DNA of 45,623 nt, the filler included, from Sphacelaria rigidula (taxonomy: Eukaryota), in assembly GCA_964200075.2 (NCBI GenBank). It is 2 parts of 2 records of this genome, joined end to end, with 100 filler letters (N's around TTAATTAATTAA, not from the genome) between each part and the next. Parts side by side here need not be neighbours in the genome. Positions count along the whole stretch, not along the records: positions 22,865 to 45,623 come from CAXNAA020000312.1; 1 more part is not named here. The stretch is one strand, 5' to 3'. Below, piece by piece: positions 35,009 through 45,623 of the stretch (position 1 is its first letter; each line of letters begins with the position of its first letter). The notes below the pieces were generated by a model. It searched no databases, was not told where the DNA came from, and saw only the letters and a list, made by a program, of their open reading frames with translations. The position numbers and the translations under genes were made by a program.

Positions 35009-36058
35009 CTAGACGTGAGATCTTCCTGCTGTATCTGAGCCCAATCTGTTGCCGATTTCTGGCATAACTGTTCCCCAAAAATTACAGGCTTCTTCCGCTT
35101 CAAGAGTCGGTGATACCGTTATTTGTGGTCCCGCACTACTGCTTCCTACTTCAGTCATGGGTTCAATTACCGACATTGCCCTGTGCTTTAGAGGCTGTAA
35201 TAATCTCCTCCCTATTTTCGCCCATTGTCCCCTGACCATGTTACTATGATGGGGATAAATCAACGGAGAGTCGTCCGGTACTACGTACGGAGGCTTGTTC
35301 GCTATTTTCCTTCCTATTTTACTTGTATCACTACTACCCTTCGCTCTTCGTAGCTCTATCCATTGTTGGTCAGCTTCCTCGGAGGTCGTGAGCGGTGCTG
35401 TGCTTACTTCTTTCCCCCCAATTTTGAAAACCGATCCAGGGTCCAGCCCATTCAACTTTGAATCTTGGGTATTCACTACCGATCCTATGTGTGTATCCCT
35501 GGTCGGGCTTTCGAAATCACTCGGCCAAACACCACTAGCACCAATGAAACAGACATCCATGTCTCCGGGGTCTGTGATTTGGGCATCCCCAGACATATCA
35601 TTTTCATTCGGCGGCTGTGGTAGACGCGACAACAGATCGGCGTTTGCGGTAACACGCCCTGGCTTGTACTTGATTTCGTACGTGTATGCACTGAGAAAAT
35701 CATGCCAACGCTGAGCTCGCGGAACCTCTTCTGCTAGGCTCAGTAAATTTCTCAAAGGTTGGTGGCCCGTGTAAATCTCGAACGGCACACTATAAAAAAG
35801 TGGCCTATTTTTTTTTATGGCCCATACAATAGCCGCTGCTTCTAATTCAGACAAACTCCAATTCTTCTCGTTGGGGAGTGTTCCTCTACTTGGAAAAACT
35901 AGAGGGCGAACCGTATTGTCCTCTTGACGTTGTTCCACCACCGCGCCCAAACCATCCAGCGATGCATCCGTGGTGAGCATAAACGGTCGTTTCCCCGAAA
36001 CTGCATCTTCATAATTCGGAAATGCTAGAGCATTTGTACCTGTCAAGGATGATAACAT
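35009..36058 (-). pseudogene. Gypsy RNase H plus a long linker
   Basis: FMLTTDASLDGLGAVVEQ, ELEAAAIVWAIK, YKPGRVTANADLLSR. The second catalytic D motif reads YTGH instead of YTDH. Confidence 0.93.
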
Positions 36059-36073
36059 TTCCTTGGCTATAGT

Positions 36074-36960
36074 TTAATGCTTCTGAGTGAACTCAAAATG
36101 AACCCCCTTCTTCAACAGCTGCGTTAGAGGTTTGAGTCTTGCAGCCATACGCGGAATAATTTTCGGGTAGTACCCCAACCCTCCCAACAACGATCTGAGC
36201 TGAGATACATCCTTCGGCATTGACATTTTTTTGAGAGCCTGTACCTTCTTCTGATCCGGGGAGATCCCATCAGCGGAGATGTGATGTCCTAAAACATTCG
36301 TTTCGCTTGTTCCTACGTGTGCCTTTTTCGGTGCTAACTTGAGATTGTACTTGGTCAGTCGTTGGAAAAGACCTTCCAGATCCTCTGCATGTTGTCCTCC
36401 TATTCCACTGAACGTACACACATCGTCAATGTATAGGCGACATCGTGCTAAACCATCACACATTCTTGTCATGATAGATTGGAACCAACCTGGACTTCCG
36501 CTACATCCCATAGGCATGACCAACCAGTCATATAGACCACTCTGCGTGCAAATCGCCGTCAAAGGAATGGAGTCCTGATGTATAGCTACGTTAAAATATC
36601 CGGAGGTGATGTCCAGACATGAAAATATTTTGGCACCCCCCAGTTCATGCAGGAGTTCCTCAATTATTGGAATCGGTAACACCGGAATTATCGTACTATC
36701 ATTAAGCTTCTTGTAGTTGCACGTAATGCGAATGGACCCATCCGCTTTGTTCACCACTACGAGTGGACTACTCCAATTGGAATATGATCTCCTCAAAATG
36801 CCTGCGGCCAACATGCGATCGATTTCCACTTGTAATTTCTTTTGGACCGCCGGATTATATATGCCGATACGGGCGCTGCTTTACGGGCCTCGTTCCCGGT
36901 TTAAGTTCAATCTTAAACGGATCCATCGTACAATACCCCAAATCCATCTTCTCCTTGGAA
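36074..36960 (-). pseudogene. Gypsy reverse transcriptase
   Basis: PVKQRPYR, SNWSSPLVVVNKADGSIR, FSCLDITSGY, VMPMG, LYIDD, LGHHIS. Frameshifted against its neighbours. Confidence 0.96.
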
Positions 36961-37559
36961 AATCGATGTGAATATTTGCACGAGAGTTCTCCCAAATTGT
37001 TGATGTCATTAACCGTCCAATGCGCACCTTCCAACCCAAACTTTATTTTTCGCATATGTGTGGGAAGTTTCACCCACATATCCCTAAACGCTTGTTGCTG
37101 CTCACCGTCCAAGCCTGCTAAGACTGGAGGTTCTTCTAATTGCTGGTCTGCTGTGAATACATCCTCGGGTTCCGGCTCAGTTGTTTCAGAGATCTTAACT
37201 TCTTCCGAAGGACATGGCACTAAAGGTGCTCCAGCGGAACCTAGAGTGGTGTTCGGGGCCAACATCTGTCCTTCTAAACCATTATAACGGAGAGGGATGA
37301 TGGATTCACCTGCTTCTATAATAATATCATGTGGAGACCAATCTGGATCCAGAGTTACATAGTAAGAGCCCCCCTCGGACGGTGTTCCGTCCATGTTACA
37401 GAGTTTGACAGGGACCCATGACAATGTATCTGGACGTATCATATCCTGAGATCCGTTCTAAACTACTATAACTTGAGCTGTCGGCGACTTTGTTTCAACG
37501 AAGCCAACAGCACTGCGGACTTGTTCCGCAAACGCACGATCAACAGAGTAGATGTTATT

Positions 37560-37930
37560 TCCTTGCAGGGTTATGACTATTTCTCGTTGGTTTACATCAC
37601 GATATGTTCTGACCGGGAATAATCCGAGGCCATCACGTCCTACTAAAACGTTATAGTTCATTGTTCCATCAGTACTACATGAGCGTAAATTGCTAAACAT
37701 GCTTGGCCGGTTTGAACTGACATTTTGGGGTTGGGTCTTCTATGCCACAGTCGAATATTCAACCGCACCTGTGAAGAAGTACACAACGGGACACCATTGA
37801 AACCACCCCAGGATACAGGGTCTATCTCCCGAGTACCTTAGATGGTAGCCGCCCCGACATCAACCATTTTTTTCCATATTTTATGATGAATAATTATCGC
37901 GGGACTCCCCGTGTCTATCAAAGCTTTTAT
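37560..37930 (-). pseudogene. Gypsy aspartic protease
   Basis: The minus strand at 37898-37924 reads ALIDTGSPA, and VLVGRD follows at ~37630-37650. Interrupted by stops and frameshifts. Confidence 0.8.
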
Positions 37931-39348
37931 TCCAAAGTTCTAGTTGCCTTCGGGCCTGAGAAAAATTGTGCCCAGGTCGAACTTTCTTTGCGGTATAAGC
38001 TCACTCCCCCTCCCATCATTTGCCGAATTTCTTCCAAGTAAGGTCCTTTCCTCCCTCGCGCAACCTGACTAGATATCGTCGCTGGCACGCGGGCAGGAAC
38101 TGGTTCTGTAGGCAAGCGACTGCCAGTTTTCGGGTCCAGCGCGTAAATACTTTCGGCTGGTGTCCTACTTGGGTCGTTACCATTTTGTACAACTACACTA
38201 CGCACGACGCAACACAAAGATTTATCACTATTTTTTTGACATGAAGTATCTTGGGATACTTCAACGGCACTATCGGGGAAATCAATAGTCATGTAATTCT
38301 GCACATCATTACCGTCATCAGCTGATCCACTTTCGTGCACGGTTGCTACATCGAGAGTAGAACCAACTACGCTTGATCCTCCCTTACCTATCTTACTGTC
38401 GCCCCGACTGTTGCGTGCTGATCGGCTAAGCACATCGGAGTCTCTACTTGAAGAAATTTTATTTCTGCCTGCTTGAATGCTACTAATTGTCGATTTGGTG
38501 TTTTTGTGTTCATCTTGCCCGGTGGAAATTTCGGCGGGGCAATTATCCTTTTTCCCTACCGGAGCATTTCTATTTTCCCGACTGTCACGGGCATTTTTTA
38601 CCGTGCACCGCGGGAGTTCTAGATTCGGCGGGAGAATTATCATTCCGTCCAAATAGGTGACTACTATTACTGTTCCTCCCGGTGCGGGCGGTTTTGCCTT
38701 GCACGGGGGAACTTTCGGCGGGAATATCCTGGCATGTGGTCCCCCGTCCAACTGGGTAGCGAGATTTATTTTGATTACTTTCTCGACCATGCGGAGTTCT
38801 TGCCTCATCCTGGATGCTTACATTATCTACTGGGTGCCCTGTAATATGTGACTGCACAATCACATCTAGTCCATCCATGACCCTAGCGGCGACCGAAGGC
38901 TCAACTGATACAACTCGGCTGCATGCTTTTGCACTCGATGTTGTACTGTCACATCAAATATCGCTAAGAATCGGCGCACATCTAGGGGAGCTACCCCTAC
39001 CCGACACACCATTTCTACGGCCAGACTGGAATGTCCCGCAAGATTTCAACACTGAGACCCTACTTGCACCCGTCTACAATAAATTGCCTACAGACTGGTT
39101 GACATTTTTATCTGTACAGGATTGTGATTTCTATCCAACCTTCAGAATACCGTTACGGGGATGATCTGTCACCGTGCTGGATTCCAACGTTTTAACGGGA
39201 CCACAAAGCTTACCCTTTTGAAGCGGATCTCCCCCGTTCCACCAACTAGATTTCTTCCCGTGCGTGGATGAGCTACTTGAACCGTGCGGACTAGACACAG
39301 TGCTGCTACTTGTGCTTGCATTATCTGCGAGAGGGTCAGATCCTCTAG

Positions 39349-40584
39349 TTAATATAGCGGGCCGAGGTGCTCTCGGTGAATTGGCCAACTCTCCACCGTC
39401 GCATCCTCAATCTGACTGTTCCTATTACGATGGTAGTCACACAGTCTTCGCTGCCATCGTCGCCATTTGGATGACACATCTTGTGACGTGCCATTTCCAA
39501 TTTCATGATGAATGATTCCAGATTTATTCATATAGTCGTGTGGACATTCTCTAGCCAGGAGGTGATCCTCACTTCCACAGTTCAAACAAAAAGGTCCGAA
39601 TGCTTTTCTAGCAGCATCCTTGGCCGCGCGAGAGTCGAACGGTTCATACAAAGAAGGATCTCTACCCTTATTCCCAAACCGATTATTGTTTTTCATACCG
39701 ATGGAGTTGACATATCTCATTTCAATTTCTTCCTCCTCAAACATGTCAGTGATTGCCATTACCCCACCAAATTTTCGACTATAAAGGGCTTTTGCATTAT
39801 GCCTAGCCCTGGTCGTGACGCCACCTACAAGCCCTACTCCGAAACGAGAGGAAGCTATAGCTAAGGAGATGTTTGTGTCAAAATCCCTCAAAGCTGTCAT
39901 CATTTCATCTACATCCCCGAAAGGCAGGGGCCGATGATGTCTACCTGAAAATGCTTGTGCACTGATGTTGGGAAACTGATCGTCTACACCATTCTTCACC
40001 GCCGACTGAATTGAGCCATTGCCTGGGGCTAGTTCCCGACCTACACTCTGCACATTGGCTACCAGCAACCGTGATTCCGACAAATAGGTCGCGAAAGTGG
40101 TTCCCGGTTCAACTGTGAAATCAACTAACAAACCCATAACACCGGCCGGAGTGAATTTGCCCAGGGCTCTACACATCATAGGGAGTAGATGATCAAACGT
40201 CTCGGGATCAGTTGATCCAGCATCTTGCATCTGAATCGCCTGACCGATTAGGTCGGCAATCTGGCTCTTCAGGGAAGACGCGGCCTGGGAATACGGAGAG
40301 TTTTTGTTTGAACGGATAGCCCTCAGTAAGTGTTTCTGCAAACACTTTTCCCACCCACGGTGCCAGTATACCGGCTCAACGTCACCTACAATTACGTGCA
40401 TGTCATGAATAGAGCCGCTTAGGGCCGCACTAAAAGCAACCAAATCCGCTACGTCGTGATCGGGACTCAGAGGCAACTTAGGCAATTCTATCAAAATGGA
40501 CGTGTCCATCTTGGCATATTCTCGCGCTATGTCGGTTGCCGTTTTGGCGGGCGTCGATGCAGGAACATCCGACCTAGGCGCCAA
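39349..40584 (-). pseudogene. Gag core with zinc knuckle
   Basis: 411-aa ORF upstream of the protease with CLNCGSEDHLLAREC (CCHC knuckle variant). Confidence 0.8.
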
Positions 40585-40593
40585 CCCAATTTG

Positions 40594-43521
40594 TTAGGGT
40601 ACCGTGACACTCTGTCTTGGTGCCGACACATTCATGTAATTACTTGCAATGCGAGAAGGTTTTAGGCTCATAGTCGCATTCGGGTGTGATACCTGCACCA
40701 CCTTTGGATCTATCAGGCGGCGTACCTGCGCAATTTCAACCACCGAAGAAGTTTCTGAGGACTGAGGTCCTCCCTGCATACATCTATTGGTTCTCTCGAG
40801 GTTCTACCTTCCACGCGTTCCGGATCATACCTCCTTTGGTGGCCTCCACGTGATGAGGATCGCCCCCCCCCTACCCCTGGAGCGTGATCCCTCAGACCAC
40901 CCGCTAGAGCTCCCACCCTCCGACTCTCCCATATACCCCTGTTGCCCCAGCGGCTGAAAACCTTATGGACCCTGGGATAGCGTCACATCTCGAACAAATC
41001 GCTGGAAGTTGTAGAACTCCACTAAATTTACATCGGGCGGACATGTCCGCTGTAAAACTCGAAAATCCTCCAACGTCAGATTCTGGGGACCCTCCGGCCG
41101 GCTGGGATGGTGGTGAGGCAACACCGGAGCCATCTGTACCGCCGATCGTCGGTGAACCGTCAGGCCCTCTGGCGCCATCTCCCTGGGCGGCATTGTCACA
41201 GCCCTCCCGCACCCCCATATGGGGAGGATCACAGGCCCTGATCCCCATCTCCGCCGGAGTCAGTCGTTGCGGTAGGATGTTGGCCTGCTGCACCAACGCT
41301 GCCCGCACCTCTTCCCTGTTACGGCGGGCCTCGTATACCGCCGCCTCGTCCCTATCCTCTGCGTCATCAAGGCTATCTTGCTCCGCCTGAAACGCGGCCA
41401 ACATCTGCATAGTCTCCTGCATCTTTGAATCTAGTGCTGCCCGCGCAGCGTGCGTGTTAGAGTGCCGTTGTTTGGCCTCGCCAAACTTTGCACTACCTTC
41501 CCTCAACAGCCCCCTAGCATGCTCCTGTTGAGGGTCAGCAGCATGCGGAGGGATACAGGGTTACAACCTAAATCGGTAGTAGCGCAGGGGAGGGTGTCGT
41601 CACAGCCTGAGAGTACAGTTTACCTCTTTTCCCGACTATAGTCCAAGCGGTCTGACTATTTTGCTCTGCCTTACTTGCAGATGGCTCCGTGACAACCAAT
41701 CCTGACAAACTCTTGGCCAAGGCCTCATCTTTTTCCAACCTTACTGCTGCTTGTTTACGTCTACGAGCCGCCGCTCGAAGTTCCGCTTGGTACAGTACCA
41801 GAGCGAGAGCTTCATCACCTTCCGTATCTGAACCGGCGGGTGAAATGACTTGCCGGGAAGGGACCAACTGTACTTGAGATAGAGAGACATCCCTACCCAT
41901 GTTTTCTAGATCAGCTTCTGAAACACGGGCATTTTTTTATCATGGTTTCTACATCTGTGACCCTGGTTTCTGTCTGTACAGCCTGAATAGTAGTATATAC
42001 ACACCCGGGTGCCGCTACAGTAGTGCACGGACGCCGATCATCATTTGCATCGATGCCCACCACTCGGCAACGATCCTCATATGATGGTGAGCCCAACATT
42101 TGCCGAACATTGTCCAACACATCGTCTATCGCTGTCCCCTGGTGCTCTACTTCTACCGTGGTGTTAACCATAGGTGCACCTGGTTCAACTTCAACCGTAC
42201 TGGGTTTCTATACCTCAACTGCCGTAGGAGCCGGAGTATCCGAAGGGCCTGCAGGGTTGCCAGCCCGGGTCTCTTCGGGACGTGAAGTGTGAGGTACCAT
42301 CACCCCCTGCACTCCCACCTCTGAGGATTCCCTAGACTTCCCCTTAACTACCTTGCGATCCTCCGTGTCTGTGGGCGGGAGGACAGTACCAGCAATAGAC
42401 ATGGCGTTCATGGTCACTACAAGTTCCGAGGATGAATCGCGTGGTTGTGTGAGCAAATGAGATTGACTATCCGACTGACCGGTAGTGGCCTGCGGTCTAC
42501 CTTCTGAACCGCACGTTATCTAATATATTACTGGTGCAGCGCGTACCTCCGACATCCGACTATCGTGCCGCTGGGCATCCACCCGCTCGTTGTCTTCCGT
42601 GATATCATCGCCCAGTTCAATTTCTGACAGGACTGAACGCAACTTGGATTCTGTTTTATGCGGCATGATAATTTGTTGAATTACCCCGGATACATTTGAT
42701 CGTGAACTACCTTGCTCAACATCGGGCGTGGACAGACGAGGTGCAAATTCACTAGCAGATGAACTCGAGTATGAACAAATTTCGTTGTTCTGCTCGAGGT
42801 TGATGTCACGCTCATTGTGATTTCGGGACAATGGCGCGAGAGTATCCAATCTTCTTTCAACACTATTGAGATATCGCGTACGATTCTCCGCGGGCTCATC
42901 CTTTACATCACTGGACACCTGCGAAATGTCATCCTCATGGCATGGTGTAGGGGGCAAATCACTACTGGTTTTTTCAGGGGGCGAGGAAACCAACTCTGCA
43001 TCACTTCTATTCCGTACCACCCTGTCAACAACATCAACTGGAGTGCGCTCGGTATCTTCGCCGGTCACGCTTTCTACACATTTCCTGTTGTGTTCTACTT
43101 GGGGTGCAAGATCCAAACTTTGAACGTGGGTGTCTCTCACCCCAACAGTGTCCCTCACGGACCCAGCGTTTCCTACCTGAGGCGAAATATCCACAATGTC
43201 ATGTGAAGTGCCCCGCGAGCAGGTCATGTTCTATACTTCAGGGAGGGGACGTGCTAGCTGAACCTGATTCGTTACACCCCTTTCCCCCACACTTGTGGAC
43301 ACTGCATTTGCTAAAAGTCTCGGCCCCTCGTTCGACACACTCTCAACTGACTTCGTCTGTACCTCTTCATCTTGTACGGCTAACATTTCGGATGCAACTG
43401 TCACTCGGTCTAAACTACCTGTGGGTGGATACAACTCATCGTCTGCTTTCTTCTGGGCTCTGGTACGTACACCACTTGAAAAACTCGCAACGCTGTTCGA
43501 ACGGCTTCTCTTACCGGACAT
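40594..43521 (-). pseudogene. Long low-complexity N-terminal extension of ORF1/Gag (~970 codons), broken
   Basis: Abutting minus-strand ORFs run from the ATG at 43521. The first four (starts 43521, 43227, 42456, 42171) share one frame split by stops, and later pieces are frameshifted. S/D/E/P-rich with an Ala/Glu/Arg coiled-coil-like part. Confidence 0.6.
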
Positions 43522-43555
43522 CTCTGAAGTTACGCTGCTGTCTTCACCCCTGTGG

Positions 43556-43572
43556 ACTACCGTCGATCGCCA
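43556..43572 (-). promoter_or_regulatory. Primer-binding site
   Basis: TGGCGATCGACGGTAGT starts 1 nt after the 5' LTR end. TGG is complementary to the tRNA CCA. The priming tRNA was not identified. Confidence 0.7.
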
Positions 43573-43573
43573 G

Positions 43574-44336
43574 TGTCAGGAGACGACCTTGCGCTCAGAT
43601 CTCCGACAAAGGTTCAATCGCTGTTATGGGGCTGAGGTGGTGCGATTCGCAGAACCTCGAAGTGATGAAACGTGTAGAGTCCCAAAAATTTGTCGAAAGG
43701 TGATTTGTTGCCACTTGTATTGATTCTTTTTGCTACGATACTGGAAGGCCCCAGAAATCAACACAAAACCAATCTATACCCGGAAAACAGACCGAAACTT
43801 GACCTAAAACTGCAGAACAAAGCTGTTGCTGAGACTGAGAGATGGATGCAGAACGAAGTGATCATCAGGGGGGTTTGCGTCGATGCTCGAGTGCACCCCG
43901 CTAGCCTTTGATCCTTTTGTTCTTGCTCACGCACTTGAACCCAAATCTGTGACTTTACCTTTCAAAGAATCGTTCTACTCGGGAGTACCCCACAGGTTTT
44001 CATCCTTTATCTACCCTCAACACACAAAAGCTCCCAATATCGTATCTTGCTTTGTTGTATTTTCTGAGATAAACTCCAGATTCCCAAGTGTGCTACTCCG
44101 TCTACAAGTTTTCTTGACTTTTGAACAACTCAACTTCGAATATATCTCCCCACTTGTGTGCAAACCTCAACTTGTGGCTCACAATGCCTAGAAACACTAT
44201 AGCATAATCCCTGTACCCCGGACTAGAGCTATTTTAAGTTGTTTTACCCCGGTTCCCATACGCACTCATCTTACTTTTACCCGTAGAACTGGTTCGGCAC
44301 GAAACCATAAAGCCTCCGAGAGTTTGGCTCACCACG
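43574..44336 (-). repeat. 5' LTR (~762 bp)
   Basis: Direct repeat of 31684-32431 with a 15-bp insertion. The outer terminal base is changed or lost. Confidence 0.95.
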
Positions 44337-44899
44337 TGAATGTCACGCCGGTTAAAAAACGATGCCACTCTCAATTGCGTCTTCAACTCTCAATTTCACG
44401 AAAACATTGTTCATAAACCCGGCTCAACCCCATTACACACACGAGTCTTGCAGTGTTTTCAAAAACACATGCACGAGTGCACTCGTTTCGACGAGCAATG
44501 ACTCGTCCGACGTTTGGAATATTTACGGGAAAGACGGCCAGATTCTTGCTCGCCCCCTTCCCAGTTTCCTCCCGCCCGTTCCTGCCCCTTCAAGGTAAAA
44601 TCGTTGACGAAGACATGACGCGAGGGGACGGGGGGGTGGGGGAGCTTAATTCCAAGGGAAATAGTCTCAAACGCACGTCTGGGGTGGTGTTTTGAATGTA
44701 TATGTGTTTTGTAGACGTGCGTTCGCGTACGCGAGGTTCATGCGATGTCTTTCTGTCTGTCTGTCTCTGTCTGCCTCTGGCTCTCCCCGTTGCTCAATCA
44801 CGGCTCCACTCAATCAAGTCCTATCTAAATAGTGCACACATTCCATGCTTTTTTAAGGCCTCGGCAAAACCATTGCAGAATTTCTTGGCCCCTTCTAAA

Positions 44900-45310
44900 A
44901 TGTGAATCATTGCAGATACCACTGAGCTGAACATGCAGTCAGCGCTGACGGTTTGGCTCAGCGGTATCTGTGACATCTTGACAAGAGCTAATGATCCCGG
45001 GCGTCGATAACTCCCACGATGATTCTTTTTCATCAGTCATTTCTAGAAGAATGCACGGAAAATCGATCTACGCAACGGTGAGTATGCATCGCTCTCAACG
45101 AGAAGGAGCATAGATATCCTGCTTATATTGTCGATGCGAGCGGGGGTGGCGCTGATTAGAGGAGGCAGCAATCCTGGGGTGAACACCCGGATCCAATCAA
45201 GGACCCCGTGATAAGTGTTTGTTAAGATGTCGCAAATACCCCTCACTGAGGTAAATAGTCAGCGCTGAAGCTGACCATTCAGCTCAATGGTATCGGTGAC
45301 ACTCTCACAT
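44900..45310. repeat. Foldback element whose two arms are each palindromic
   Basis: 44915-44984 is an imperfect reverse complement of 45219-45294. The arm 44913-44970 itself folds (CAGATACC.CTGAGC...GTCAGCGCTGAC...GCTCAG.GGTATCTG). Confidence 0.7.
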
Positions 45311-45559
45311 CCGATATCTTACTGGGTCATTGTCTTTCCACCGCTACCATTCAGGCATTAGGAGCACAAGGTAGGTCTCGCTTCAGAGTAACGGGGTCGA
45401 TCTTCCGTCGAAGAAATAAAAAATCAAGAAATGTTCAAAAATTTTTCAAAGTTGAACACGGCTCCCCAAAGGAATTTCACGAAGTATAATTTACCTTACT
45501 GCGGTGAACCATGTTCTGCATCGCCACATTGAAGAAAACCATCCCATTTTCGCGACTGG

Positions 45560-45623
45560 GAAAGGGACTGCTGAACCCCTCTCGCGATAAAAAATAAAGG
45601 CAAGCACCGCAGAAGGAAGGTGG
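45560..45623 (+). mobile_element. Fragment of the SINE family seen at 30042
   Basis: Matches ~30200-30263. Confidence 0.65.

Larger units (their letters stand above)
31684..44336 (-). mobile_element. Full-length Ty3/Gypsy LTR retrotransposon (~12.65 kb), coding region disrupted
   Basis: Two LTRs, TSD (G)TGAA at 31679/80-31683 and 44336/7-44340, a PBS-like site, and domain order gag-PR-RT-RH-IN-chromo on the minus strand. Confidence 0.97.
29487..44409. mobile_element. Non-autonomous DNA transposon (hAT-like ends, ~195-bp TIRs, ~2.27 kb without the nested Gypsy)
   Basis: The left TIR 29487-~29680 (CAATGTTTTCGTGAAATTGAG..) is the reverse complement of 31561-31683 joined to 44341-44409. Flanking 8-mers are ATCATAAA (29479-29486) and TTCATAAA (44410-44417). 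Confidence 0.8.

Overview
Eukaryotic, intron- and transposon-rich genomic DNA, most likely from a brown alga (Phaeophyceae; inferred from short exons in long introns and from the style of the TE sequences). There is one scaffold gap at 22765-22863. The left half holds a decayed LINE and a run of + strand spliceable exon relics. Three fimbrin/plastin exons have two glutamate synthase (GLT1-type) exons nested in their first intron, and all junctions are phase-compatible. The next fimbrin intron holds a ~208-nt miRNA-precursor-like foldback. Further on are unidentified coiled-coil-like exons, a G-rich higher-order minisatellite and three intact 3' exons of an RPA-interacting protein (RPAIN) gene. 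The right half is a TE nest: a Ty3/Gypsy 3' fragment, then a long-TIR non-autonomous DNA transposon (8-bp TSD) whose right TIR is split by a full-length but disrupted 12.65-kb Ty3/Gypsy element. Five LINE 3' ends all stop at C/G tracts, one with a perfect 19-bp TSD. Protein identifications come from recognising motifs by eye, not from database searches.
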